DNA of 64,000 bases from Dudresnaya verticillata. Lineage: Eukaryota. Position 1 is the stretch's first letter; every line of letters starts with the position of its first letter. Positions 1-9,900 of this stretch are shown one piece after another. Where the stretch lies: the NCBI GenBank assembly GCA_977862235.1, contig OZ374565.1:2542001-2606000 (forward strand), given 5' to 3'. The notes below the pieces were generated by a model. That model ran no database searches. It saw nothing but the letters and a program-made list of their open reading frames with translations, and was not told the origin of the DNA. The position numbers were made by a program, and so were the translations under genes.

Positions 1-911
1 GGGGTTGTTTAGGGTTAGGTCTAGGGTTAGTTTGGTTACTGTGGTACGCGAGGGGCATGATATTGGGAGGGTAAAGGGTCTAGTGTTGGTGCATGGAATG
101 AATCATGGTGGTGGAAGGAATGGATCAGTGTGGTGGATGAATTGGATTTAGGGACATAGAATTGGATTAGATTTAGTACCCAGAAGATTGGATCAAGGAT
201 CACCACAATCGGATCAAGTCTGGTGGCTGGGGTGAGGGTGGCTTGGACGTTTGTGCTCATAACTTTGGAACGGCTGGGGCTAGGGAGCTGCTCAGTAGCT
301 GAATCGAAGCGTCTCGTTGCTGCGCATTGCGTAGCGCTCTTACCCTCCTAAATCGACTTTTTGGCGCGTTTCTATGGTGCAAAACGTCCCCACGGGCCGT
401 CGGCAGCTTTTGAGCAGATCAAATAGGGGTTTGGGGCATGTATGGTTATGGGTGGGTTTAGGGGTGTTAGGGATGTGTCATTTTAACGCGTTTAGGAGTG
501 TAGGGAGTGGGAATGAAAGTAGTAAGGATGAGGAAATGGAAAGGGAAGGATGAGAAAGTATAGTACAATGCAGTAATACAAATCACGGAATGCATCAGGT
601 TGGGATCCAATAAGGGTGGATGGATTGGATCAACGGAAGTCAAGGCGTTATAGGATTGGATCTAGGGGCTCTGTAAATTAGATTGGGTGCTGGTTTCATT
701 GAACCAAGGGGTCAGAACGTCCATGAGCTGGTTGACTGTATTTATATTGAATCCTGCGTTTAGAGTAAATGGTATACGGTTATGGGTCATTACTTTAATG
801 CTCCACGTGTACACTACAGTCGGATGGACATTGGACGCAGGAGTCTTTAGTCGATGACGGGGAGTGCAGTTGATGGCGCATTTAAATAGGGGTACGGCGG
901 GAACAGCAAGC
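1..911. repeat. 5S rDNA intergenic spacer (partial copy of the ~1.09 kb spacer)
   Basis: Near-identical sequence recurs at 5679-6767, 20895-21983, 52436-53524 and 60550-61614, always directly upstream of a 5S 5' segment; G-rich + strand. Confidence 0.9.
881..888 (+). promoter_or_regulatory. TATA-like element (TTTAAATA) at -31..-24 of the 5S gene
   Basis: AT-rich octamer in GC-rich context at the position typical for TBP/TFIIIB contact upstream of 5S genes; present before all five 5S copies. Confidence 0.6.
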
Positions 912-1000
912 ACATTCGGCCATACTACGCAGACATGCTCCGTATCCCATCCCGAACTGCGAAGATAAGTCTCGTCAGGCTGGTTTAGTACTGAGGTGAG
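912..1000 (+). rRNA. 5S rRNA: 5S rRNA gene 1, 5' segment (nt 1-89), interrupted by retrotransposon
   Basis: ACATTCGGCCATAC…CCATCCCGAAC…AAGATAAG…TAGTACT motifs; joined to the 3' segment it gives ~120 nt whose ends ACATTCGGC/GCCGAATGT form a perfect 9-bp helix I. Confidence 0.93.
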
Positions 1001-1100
1001 TTCAACTTTATAACAGGTGATCATATTCTAATATTTGTCGACGTACAATCTACTGTAGTATCACAACAAAGTTAAACCCCAACTCAAACAACTTGCACAT

Positions 1101-4100
1101 CTACACCTCCTGTTGGATCCCTTCCATCAGGCACTTGACGTTGTTCTGCACCAGTCGCGCCGCGTGCCTGTGGAACAGAGCCGCTCGCGAAACACCGCGA
1201 GTTACCATGGCCCGAGAAGCCACGGTATCCGCCAACTCTTGCATATACTTGTGCGCCTCCGGGTGCCAGCCACCTAGTGTGGTCATCGGCACCGGCACAA
1301 GCCTTGCCCCCGGTCCGGCAGCCTGGATGAAGCCACGGTAAGTCCGCACCTTGTCAGCGTGGGCGTTCTTCAGCGTCCCTTGCGGGTTTGTTATGCAGCT
1401 GAGAATGCGTTGTTCTGACGACAGTGGATGACTGATTGTGACGTCCAGGTAGTCCGTTCCTCCTTCTGTTCCAAGCGCCTTGATGTCCGGCCGATCCAGG
1501 TGAGCCCCCACAGGGCGGGGCTCCACAATCGGGGTGCGTGTCGCACGTTTCAGATCCGAAGCCAGCAGACGAACCTGAGAGTCGTGGCGCCACGACCGAG
1601 GAGATCCGCTGTTCCGCATGCCGTTCGGACAAATCAGCAGATGGTCGCCGTGAACATCCATCATCTTCTTGCACCCGGCCCGAGGACACTCCGTGTCGGG
1701 TTCCAGCAGTGGAATCCGACAGTAGAATCGAAGCCATACGCGGTAGTCCCGATCCGCAATGTACGTCTTCATGCCTGGTGCCGGCTGGCACTTGAGCCAG
1801 TCCTTGGCGCCCGGCGCGCCAAGGGAAGCTCGGAAAGCTTGCGTCCGCCTGTCCCCGAGCGGCAGCTCGGCTTGCACTTTCTTCAGTACCAACCGCGTCA
1901 AGTCCCTCTGGCGTGGGCACTCGTCGCTGTCGATCTTCTCCAGGTCCAGAGCATCCTCACTATGGCACTTGGCGCTCCAGTCTTCGTGCGCTTCTACTGC
2001 AAAAGGATCGTCAGAAAGAGCAGTGTTCACAGAAGCGGGTAAGATAGAACGCAGTAAGTTGCGGGTCAGTGAAAGGGACGCCAGAAACGCGCTCGAGTTC
2101 ATGTCGCCAGCTCCCGAAATACCGATTCCGAAGCTGGGCTCTTTCGTGCGCAGGGGAAGCTGAAGTTCGCGGAAGGTGTCCCTCGGTAGGACTCCTCCCA
2201 CGAGCTTGCGCATGCAAACCTCAATCTTCTGGTCGAAGAGCTCGGCGCCCTTCGCCGTGGCGGATGATGGAACTACTCGCAGCAGGTAGTTCAGCCGGCA
2301 GACTCCGGCACAGTTGCGGAGTAGAGTGATGGCCACGTGTAGGTCTTCTAGTCCCGAAATTGCGTCCAGCAGGGGCTGGATGGACTCGACATGGCCATTC
2401 ACGCTCTCCTCCATGTAGTTCTGCGTTCCAATCGGAGCCTGAAGTACTGTAGTGCCTTCTCCGTAGCTCTGCCCAAGATCCGACGGGTAGGCAGCGCAGT
2501 CTTCTGGGTCGGGTGCAGTAGGCCACCAAACAGTACACTTGTCCATGCGCAGGTGGAAGCCATAGCCCTTAGCTTCCTCGGAGTCAAAGAAGGACAGAAC
2601 CTTCCTGAGTACGGCGTGTTTCGCCATGATGACGCCGTCGTCCAGGTAGAACAGTGACAGCAGCAAGTTGTTCGCCCCCTCCGCTTGCTGATTGCGGCCC
2701 GAGCGCCACAGGTCGGCGGTGAGTTCCTTCAACTGTTTGATCAGTGCCTGCAGCACCAAAGCAAACAGTAACGGCCCGAGCGGGTCACCTTGCTGTACAC
2801 CAGTGACACTCCGCAGTAGAGTGTCACCCATCCACAGGTGCGGGCCCTCAGAGTCATAACAGTATGTGACCCACGGTAGTAGTTCAGGCATATGTCGGCG
2901 GACCTCCTTTATGAATGCTTTGCGGCTGACAAGGTTGAAGGCATTCTTCAAGTCCACTTGTAGCAACCCGTAGGACTTGTCATGGCCGTGAGACTTCTGC
3001 AGCTTCCGGACCGCGTGTACAATCGCTTCTGTGCCGCCCGAGGTTGCGACCCCGAGCTGAAGCGGTTCGAGGTATGCCTTGGCCGTGGGAGCGACTCTGG
3101 TCATGAGCATAGAGCTCACGAGTCGTCGGATTGTCTCTCCTACAGCAATGGGGCGGACACCGCCGGTGCGCTTCTTCAGAGCCGTGAGAGGAGCGCTGGC
3201 AATCCAAGGCGACAGCTCCGCAGGTCCTGCGCCGCTGGCCAGCACGTTGACCATTTTGGTGAGCCCGCCAAGCAGGCCCGTGTGCTCGTGAGTGGTCGGG
3301 ACTGAGAGCAGTTCCTGCAGATGCGTCGGTGATAGTCCTGTGCCCCCCGAGGCCGAAGCCCGGGGGAACTTGGCCACTGCTTTTCGTACTTCGTCGGCTG
3401 TGAAAGGCACGAAGTCAGGGATGGTCGGCAGCGGTTCGGACTGGTCAAGCTCGTGGTCCGCGTCGGTTTGCGGTACGGACTGCGGGTGCTTGTCCTTCAT
3501 GGACTGTATCACCGAGTCTGTGGCTGGCGCGATTCCATCAGAGTCTAGAGCTGCTGCTGCCTTACTGTAGGCGCCCTCCTTTGCAAGGCGAAGGGCTCGT
3601 GAGGCATTGATACGGCGTTGCTCTTCTGCGGAAGGCGCAGTCTGCTCACGGAATGTCGAGCCTTTCAAGGCCTCCTGCCATAGGGCGTCGTAATCCTTGA
3701 GTCCCCAGCGTCGGATTCGATCGCGGAAGGTGCCGATCGAGGACGCAGAGGTTGACGCGCTGGCCCTTGCACTCGCCGCGGGAGGATTGGACAAGACGGC
3801 TGCTGGAAAGAGCAGGAATGCAGTGAGCTCTTTGGTGGCTTCCTGAGAGTTGGTTGCGTTCGTAAAAGCCCATACCGTCTTGGACAGTGCGTCGCGCACC
3901 TCGGCGCGGACGCGAGACGGTATATGTGTGACCATAGGGATATGCGAGCGACAGATATCTTCGACCGGCGGCAGAAGCTGCCCTCCTGGACCCCGCGCAA
4001 CGGGTGGGGTTTGCGCAGTTGGTACCTCTCGAGTAGCAGGTACCGGTGCAGGAGGCGGCTCCTGGCTGTCCGGGATTCGTCGCGGGGCTGGCAGGATATC

Positions 4101-4589
4101 GTCCGCTGGCTCGCCGTCCTCGGGTTGCGTCTCCGTGACCGCGACCAGAGCAGGAGTCTGTGATGGCGCGGCTACAGTTTCTTCACGGCTCGGTGTCGTC
4201 AATTGGTTGGACGGGACGTGGGAGAACGCCGGAGTGCGAGTGGCGGGACATGCGCTGCAATTCTTGTACCGCATACTGTACATGCCTTCACTGTTCATGC
4301 GGGAGCTACAGTGCGTAGGCATGTACTTGTTGTGAGTCACACAGTACCATACTCCATAGTCCAGGAGCTGCTGCTTGAGAGGCTCGATGTCGGTCCTCGT
4401 CGGTGGTCCTCGCCTGCCAGGAACATGCATCTTCCGCAGGTGCATGAGTAGCGCTTCTACAGTAGGCAGTGAGGACGACTGGCAGCCCAGAGGACAGCTG
4501 GTACTGTTTGTCGGGCGGTGTTTTGCCGAAGGCATAAAGCATGGAGAGAGCCATACCTTCGGCATGTCGGGGTGCTGCTGACCAATCAT
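1101..4589 (-). CDS. Non-LTR retrotransposon protein, 1162 aa: C2H2 zinc finger, reverse transcriptase, CCHC motif, restriction-like endonuclease (CRE-clade-like)
   Basis: CPLGC-x13-H-x4-H; RT motifs GVRPIAVGE, QLGV, QVDLKNAFN, GVQQGDPLGPLLF, YLDDG; CPRAGC-x9-H-x3-C followed by RHD, RPDI, DVTI. Confidence 0.95.
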   Translation of the reverse strand: MIGQQHPDMPKVWLSPCFMPSAKHRPTNSTSCPLGCQSSSLPTVEALLMHLRKMHVPGRRGPPTRTDIEPLKQQLLDYGVWYCVTHNKYMPTHCSSRMNSEGMYSMRYKNCSACPATRTPAFSHVPSNQLTTPSREETVAAPSQTPALVAVTETQPEDGEPADDILPAPRRIPDSQEPPPAPVPATREVPTAQTPPVARGPGGQLLPPVEDICRSHIPMVTHIPSRVRAEVRDALSKTVWAFTNATNSQEATKELTAFLLFPAAVLSNPPAASARASASTSASSIGTFRDRIRRWGLKDYDALWQEALKGSTFREQTAPSAEEQRRINASRALRLAKEGAYSKAAAALDSDGIAPATDSVIQSMKDKHPQSVPQTDADHELDQSEPLPTIPDFVPFTADEVRKAVAKFPRASASGGTGLSPTHLQELLSVPTTHEHTGLLGGLTKMVNVLASGAGPAELSPWIASAPLTALKKRTGGVRPIAVGETIRRLVSSMLMTRVAPTAKAYLEPLQLGVATSGGTEAIVHAVRKLQKSHGHDKSYGLLQVDLKNAFNLVSRKAFIKEVRRHMPELLPWVTYCYDSEGPHLWMGDTLLRSVTGVQQGDPLGPLLFALVLQALIKQLKELTADLWRSGRNQQAEGANNLLLSLFYLDDGVIMAKHAVLRKVLSFFDSEEAKGYGFHLRMDKCTVWWPTAPDPEDCAAYPSDLGQSYGEGTTVLQAPIGTQNYMEESVNGHVESIQPLLDAISGLEDLHVAITLLRNCAGVCRLNYLLRVVPSSATAKGAELFDQKIEVCMRKLVGGVLPRDTFRELQLPLRTKEPSFGIGISGAGDMNSSAFLASLSLTRNLLRSILPASVNTALSDDPFAVEAHEDWSAKCHSEDALDLEKIDSDECPRQRDLTRLVLKKVQAELPLGDRRTQAFRASLGAPGAKDWLKCQPAPGMKTYIADRDYRVWLRFYCRIPLLEPDTECPRAGCKKMMDVHGDHLLICPNGMRNSGSPRSWRHDSQVRLLASDLKRATRTPIVEPRPVGAHLDRPDIKALGTEGGTDYLDVTISHPLSSEQRILSCITNPQGTLKNAHADKVRTYRGFIQAAGPGARLVPVPMTTLGGWHPEAHKYMQELADTVASRAMVTRGVSRAALFHRHAARLVQNNVKCLMEGIQQEV

Positions 4590-5329
4590 GGTTACAGCGC
4601 TGGGTAAGGTACCTGTAAAGGTCCTCTACAGTAGGTTCCCACGGGGCACAGACCTCCTAACCGGGACGCAAGCCTGTCGTCCGTCGTCAGTCTGTTCGGG
4701 ACACCTCCAGAGGGTGCTACAGGTGGCCTTGCTGCGAGATGAAGGCCTCTTCGCAGCGTAGGGCGCGAGATCGCGCACTTTGCGCACGAGCTCGCGCAAA
4801 AGGGCGCGCGTGTTAGCGTTCGTGCGCGTAGACTTATCGGACGTTCCCTTCCCTGCCGCAGCTGAGAAGACTCTCTTCACTGCGGTCCTGTAACGCGCGG
4901 TACTTCTCGTTTGCACAAGCTCTCAATGGGGTCGCAGAACCACCGTTTACCTGTGAGTGCCCGCAGGATTTTTGGCCTCCCCCGAAGGTTCGCTGGCAGG
5001 ACGTTCGCTCGATCTTAGAAGGGGTGGTTTCAAAACAGGATCCACCAGGCTTAAGCCACGTTACCCCAACTTCGACGTTGCTTGGCACGTTTCTGCGATG
5101 AGCTTGTGGGTCACGAGCCGCCTACCACTCAAGGTCGAGGGTCTTTGGCGATTCCCACACTTGTAGGTCTCTCGGCACTTCCCGAAGGAAGATTTTACAG
5201 GACAAGCCTGGCCTTTACCAATCTGTCAGTTGAAGGGTGTGAAACCCCTCTGTCGACAGTCCACGGCAGCCTAGACAGAGTCTAGGCTGTGCCGGGTACA
5301 AGCAAAACGCGTACAGGGCCAGGGAAAGA

Positions 5330-5372
5330 AAGATAAGTCAGTGGGGCCCGGGCAAATTTCAAGGTGAGGGAT
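5330..5372 (+). promoter_or_regulatory. 5S internal-control-region mimic in the element 5' UTR (copy 1)
   Basis: AAGATAAGTC + 22 nt + AGGTGAGGGAT, same motifs and spacing as host 5S (962-971, then 994 onward); copy 1 reads GGGATAAC, the others GGGATCAC. Confidence 0.6.
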
Positions 5373-5413
5373 AACCTTAAAAGTAAGCGCAAAATAGGAA
5401 ACGCGTGACCGTC

Positions 5414-5452
5414 GGCGACGACGGCGGCGGCGACGGCGGCGACGACGACGGC
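5414..5452 (+). repeat. GGC/GAC trinucleotide tract in the CpG-rich 5' UTR of the element
   Basis: ggcgacgacggcggcggcgacggcggcgacgacgacggc; present in every copy that retains its 5' UTR. Confidence 0.85.
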
Positions 5453-5650
5453 GTCGCGGCGCAGATCGGCGGCGCGGAAAGAGACAAAAGTAGACCGCGC
5501 TCGCCCGCCCGCGAAGGTGAAGGGCTGAAAAACCCCGCACCGACGCGCCGTCGCGCGCTCGAACAGGCGGCACCGCCGCCGAAAAGATCGGTGCAGAACT
5601 TGTTGAGATATCCGCGAAACAAAAATTTCGGCAGATCGCTGAGGGAGTAC

Positions 5651-5678
5651 TCACTCTGGAATCGCCAGTGCCGAATGT
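5651..5678 (+). rRNA. 5S rRNA: 5S rRNA gene 1, 3' segment (first 3 nt replaced by junction filler)
   Basis: TCACTCTGGAATCGCCAGTGCCGAATGT pairs with the 5' segment (helices I, IV, V). Confidence 0.88.
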
Positions 5679-5690
5679 TTTTATTTTTTT
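5678..5690 (+). terminator. RNA polymerase III oligo(T) terminator of the 5S gene
   Basis: TTTTTATTTTTTT directly after the 5S 3' end; same at 20894-20906 and 52435-52447. Confidence 0.85.
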
Positions 5691-6767
5691 GCACCTCATT
5701 CCTTCCTCCCCGCCGCCCTCTGCGTACATTGCTGCCTTGCATACCTCTCCCACAGAATCCCCGACCCACTGCCTCTGTACAGCGTATTCTTTTCACTCGC
5801 ACTTTTCCCCTTTTCTTGTAAGTGGGAGGGAGTCTGAGAGTGTTTGCAGGTGTCTAGGGGTTGTTTAGGGTTAGGTCTAGGGTTAGTTTGGTTACTGTGG
5901 TACGCGAGGGGCATGATATTGGGAGGGTAAAGGGTCTAGTGTTGGTGCATGGAATGAATCATGGTGGTGGAAGGAATGGATCAGTGTGGTGGATGAATTG
6001 GATTTAGGGACATAGAATTGGATTAGATTTAGTACCCAGAAGATTGGATCAAGGATCACCACAATCGGATCAAGTCTGGTGGCTGGGGTGAGGGTGGCTT
6101 GGACGTTTGTGCTCATAACTTTGGAACGGCTGGGGCTAGGGAGCTGCTCAGTAGCTGAATCGAAGCGTCTCGTTGCTGCGCATTGCGTAGCGCTCTTACC
6201 CTCCTAAATCGACTTTTTGGCGCGTTTCTATGGTGCAAAACGTCCCCACGGGCCGTCGGCAGCTTTTGAGCAGATCAAATAGGGGTTTGGGGCATGTATG
6301 GTTATGGGTGGGTTTAGGGGTGTTAGGGATGTGTCATTTTAACGCGTTTAGGAGTGTAGGGAGTGGGAATGAAAGTAGTAAGGATGAGGAAATGGAAAGG
6401 GAAGGATGAGAAAGTATAGTACAATGCAGTAATACAAATCACGGAATGCATCAGGTTGGGATCCAATAAGGGTGGATGGATTGGATCAACGGAAGTCAAG
6501 GCGTTATAGGATTGGATCTAGGGGCTCTGTAAATTAGATTGGGTGCTGGTTTCATTGAACCAAGGGGTCAGAACGTCCATGAGCTGGTTGACTGTATTTA
6601 TATTGAATCCTGCGTTTAGAGTAAATGGTATACGGTTATGGGTCATTACTTTAATGCTCCACGTGTACACTACAGTCGGATGGACATTGGACGCAGGAGT
6701 CTTTAGTCGATGACGGGGAGTGCAGTTGATGGCGCATTTAAATAGGGGTACGGCGGGAACAGCAAGC
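5679..6767. repeat. 5S rDNA intergenic spacer
   Basis: Matches the other spacer copies. Confidence 0.9.
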
Positions 6768-6856
6768 ACATTCGGCCATACTACGCAGACATGCTCCGTA
6801 TCCCATCCCGAACTGCGAAGATAAGTCTCGTCAGGCTGGTTTAGTACTGAGGTGAG
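6768..6856 (+). rRNA. 5S rRNA: 5S rRNA gene 2, 5' segment (nt 1-89), interrupted by three stacked elements
   Basis: Same sequence as 912-1000. Confidence 0.93.
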
Positions 6857-6957
6857 TTCAACTTTATAACAGGTGACCATATTCTAATATTTGTCGACGT
6901 ACAATCTACTGTAGTATCACAACAAAGTTAAACCCCAACTCAAAACAACCTGCACAT

Positions 6958-9900
6958 CTACACCTCCTGTTGGATCCCTTCCATCAGGCACTTGACGTTG
7001 TTCTGCACCAGTCGCGCCGCGTGCCTGTGGAACAGAGCCGCTCGCGAAACACCGCGAGTTACCATGGCCCGAGAAGCCACGGTATCCGCCAACTCTTGCA
7101 TATACTTGTGCGCCTCCGGGTGCCAGCCACCTAGTGTGGTCATCGGCACCGGCACAAGCCTTGCCCCCGGTCCGGCAGCCTGGATGAAGCCACGGTAAGT
7201 CCGCACCTTGTCAGCGTGGGCGTTCTTCAGCGTCCCTTGCGGGTTTGTTATGCAGCTGAGAATGCGTTGTTCTGACGACAGTGGATGACTGATTGTGACG
7301 TCCAGGTAGTCCGTTCCTCCTTCTGTTCCAAGCGCCTTGATGTCCGGCCGATCCAAGTGAGCCCCCACAGGGCGGGGCTCCACAATCGGGGTGCGTGTCG
7401 CACGTTTCAGATCCGAAGCCAGCAGACGAACCTGAGAGTCGTGGCGCCACGACCGAGGAGATCCGCTGTTCCGCATGCCGTTCGGACAAATCAGCAGATG
7501 GTCGCCGTGAACATCCATCATCTTCTTGCACCCGGCCCGAGGACACTCCGTGTCGGGTTCCAGCAGTGGAATCCGACAGTAGAATCGAAGCCATACGCGG
7601 TAGTCCCGATCCGCAATGTACGTCTTCATGCCTGGTGCCGGCTGGCACTTGAGCCAGTCCTTGGCGCCCGGCACGCCAAGGGAAGCTCGGAAAGCTTGCG
7701 TCCGCCTGTCCCCGAGCGGCAGCTCGGCTTGCACTTTCTTCAGAACCAACCGCGTCAAGTCCCGCTGGCGCGGGCACTCGTCGCTGTCGATCTTCTCCAG
7801 GTCCAGGGCATCCTCACTATGGCACTTGGCGCTCCAGTCTTCGTGCGCTTCTACTGCAAAAGGATCGTCAGAAAGAGCAGTGTTCACAGAAGCGGGTAAG
7901 ATAGAACGCAGTAAGTTGCGGGTCAGTGAAAGGGACGCCAAAAACGCGCTCGAGTTCATGTCGCCAGCTCCCGAAATACCGATTCCGAAGCTGGGCTCTT
8001 TCGTGCGCAGGGGAAGCTGAAGTTCGCGGAAGGTGTCCCTCGGTAGGACTCCTCCCACGAGCTTGCGCATGCAAGCCTCAATCTTCTGGTCGAAGAGCTC
8101 GGCGCCCTTTGCCGTGGCGGATGATGGAACTACTCGCAGCAGGTAGTTCAGCCGGCAGACTCCGGCACAGTTGCGGAGTAGAGTGATGGCCACGTGTAGG
8201 TCTTCTAGTCCCGAAATTGCGTCCAGCAGGGGCTGGATGGACTCGACATGGCCATTCACGCTCTCCTCCATGTAGTTCTGCGTTCCAATCGGAGCCTGAA
8301 GTACTGTAGTGCCTTCTCCGTAGCTCTGCCCAAGATCCGACGGGTAGGCAGCGCAGTCTTCTGGGTCGGGTGCAGTAGGCCACCAAACAGTACACTTGTC
8401 CATGCGCAGGTGGAAGCCATAGCCCTTAGCTTCCTCGGAGTCAAAGAAGGACAGAACCTTCCTGAGTACGGCGTGTTTCGCCACGATGACGCCGTCGTCC
8501 AGGTAGAACAGTGACAGCAGCAAGTTGTTCGCCCCCTCCGCTTGCTGATTGCGGCCCGAGCGCCGCAGGTCGGCGGTGAGTTCCTTCAACTGTTTGATCA
8601 GTGCCTGCAGCACCAAAGCAAACAGTAACGGCCCGAGCGGGTCACCTTGCTGTACACCAGTGACACTCCGCAGTAGAGTGTCACCCATCCACAGGTGCGG
8701 GCCCTCAGAGTCATAACAGTATCTGACCCACGGTAGTAGTTCAGGCATATGTCGGCGGACCTCCTTCATGAATGCTTTGCGGCTGACAAGGTTGAAGGCA
8801 TTCTTCAAGTCCACTTGTAGCAACCCGTAGGACTTGTCATGGCCGTGAGACTTCTGCAGCTTCCGGACCGCGTGTACAATGGCTTCTGTGCCGCCCGAGG
8901 TTGCGACCCCGAGCTGAAGCGGTTCGAGGTATGCCTTGGCCTTGGGAGCGACTCTGGTCATGAGCATAGAGCTCACGAGTCGTCGGATTGTCTCTCCTAC
9001 AGCAATGGGGCGGACACCGCCGGTGCGCTTCTTCAGAGCCGTGAGAGGAGCGCTGGCAATCCAAGGCGACAGCTCCGCAGGTCCTGCGCCGCTGGCCAGC
9101 ACGTTGACCATTTTGGTGAGCCCGCCAAGCAGGCCCGTGTGCTCGTGAGTGGTCGGGACTGAGAGCAGTTCCTGCAGATGCGTCGGTGATAGTCCTGTTC
9201 CCCCCGAGGCCGAAGCCCGGGGGAACTTGGCCACTGCTTTTCGTACTTCGTCGGCTGTGAAAGGCACGAAGTCAGGCATGGTCGGCAGCGGTTCGGACTG
9301 GTCAAGCTCGTGGTCCGCGTCGGTTTGCGGTACGGACTGCGGGTGCTTGTCCTTCATGGACTGTATCACAGAGTCTGTGGCTGGGGCGATTCCATCAGAG
9401 TCTAGAGCTGCTGCTGCCTTACTGTAGGCGCCCTCCTTTGCAAGGCGAAGGGCTCGTGAGGCATTGATACGGCGTTGCTCTTCTGCGGAAGGCGCAGTCT
9501 GCTCACGGAATGTCGAGCCCTTCAAGGCCTCCTGCCATAGGGCGTCGTAATCCTTGAGTCCCCAGCGTCGGATTCGATCGCGGAAGGTGCCGATCGAGGA
9601 CGCAGAGGTTGACGCGCTGGCCCTTGCACTCGCGGCGGGAGGATTGGACAAGACGGCTGCTGGAAAAAGCAGGAATGCAGTGAGCTCTTTGGTGGCTTCC
9701 TGAGAGTTGGTTGTGTTCGTAAAAGCCCATACCGTCTTGGACAGTGCGTCGCGCACCTCGGCGCGGACGCGAGACGGTATATGTGTGACCATAGGGATAT
9801 GCGAGCGACAGATGTCTTCGACCGCCGGCAGAAGCTGCCCTCCTGGACCCCGCGCAACGGGTGGGGTTTGCGCAGTTGGTACCTCTCGAGTAGCAGGTAC

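Larger units (their letters stand above)
1001..5639 (-). mobile_element. 5S-targeting RLE-type non-LTR retrotransposon, copy 1 (full length, subtype A)
   Basis: Single RT-RLE ORF, ~1050 nt 5' UTR, 100 nt 3' UTR, flanked by the two halves of a 5S gene. Confidence 0.95.

Noticed and set aside
982..1000. GGTTTAGTACTGAG|GTGAG as a spliced-leader exon with splice donor, the classic CRE/NeSL target
   Set aside because: Fully explained as 5S loop E/helix IV; the flanks complete a 5S fold and I see no separate SL RNA with an Sm site
662..1024. 120-aa ORF and the 74-aa ORF at 36-260
   Set aside because: Antisense reading of 5S, spacer and element 3' UTR; the longer one crosses the insertion junction
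1093..4581. Many short ORFs overlapping the RT ORF on both strands (repeated in every copy)
   Set aside because: Shadow frames of a GC-rich coding sequence with no recognisable motifs; recurrence only reflects the repeat
4683..4693. CTGACGA on the element sense strand as a hammerhead core
   Set aside because: No suitably placed GAAA or flanking stems found by eye
5271..5821. Poly-Arg, Pro/Ser and Gly/Asp ORFs in the 5' UTR as a possible ORF1
   Set aside because: Translations of the GGC/GAC tract; starts and lengths vary with each junction
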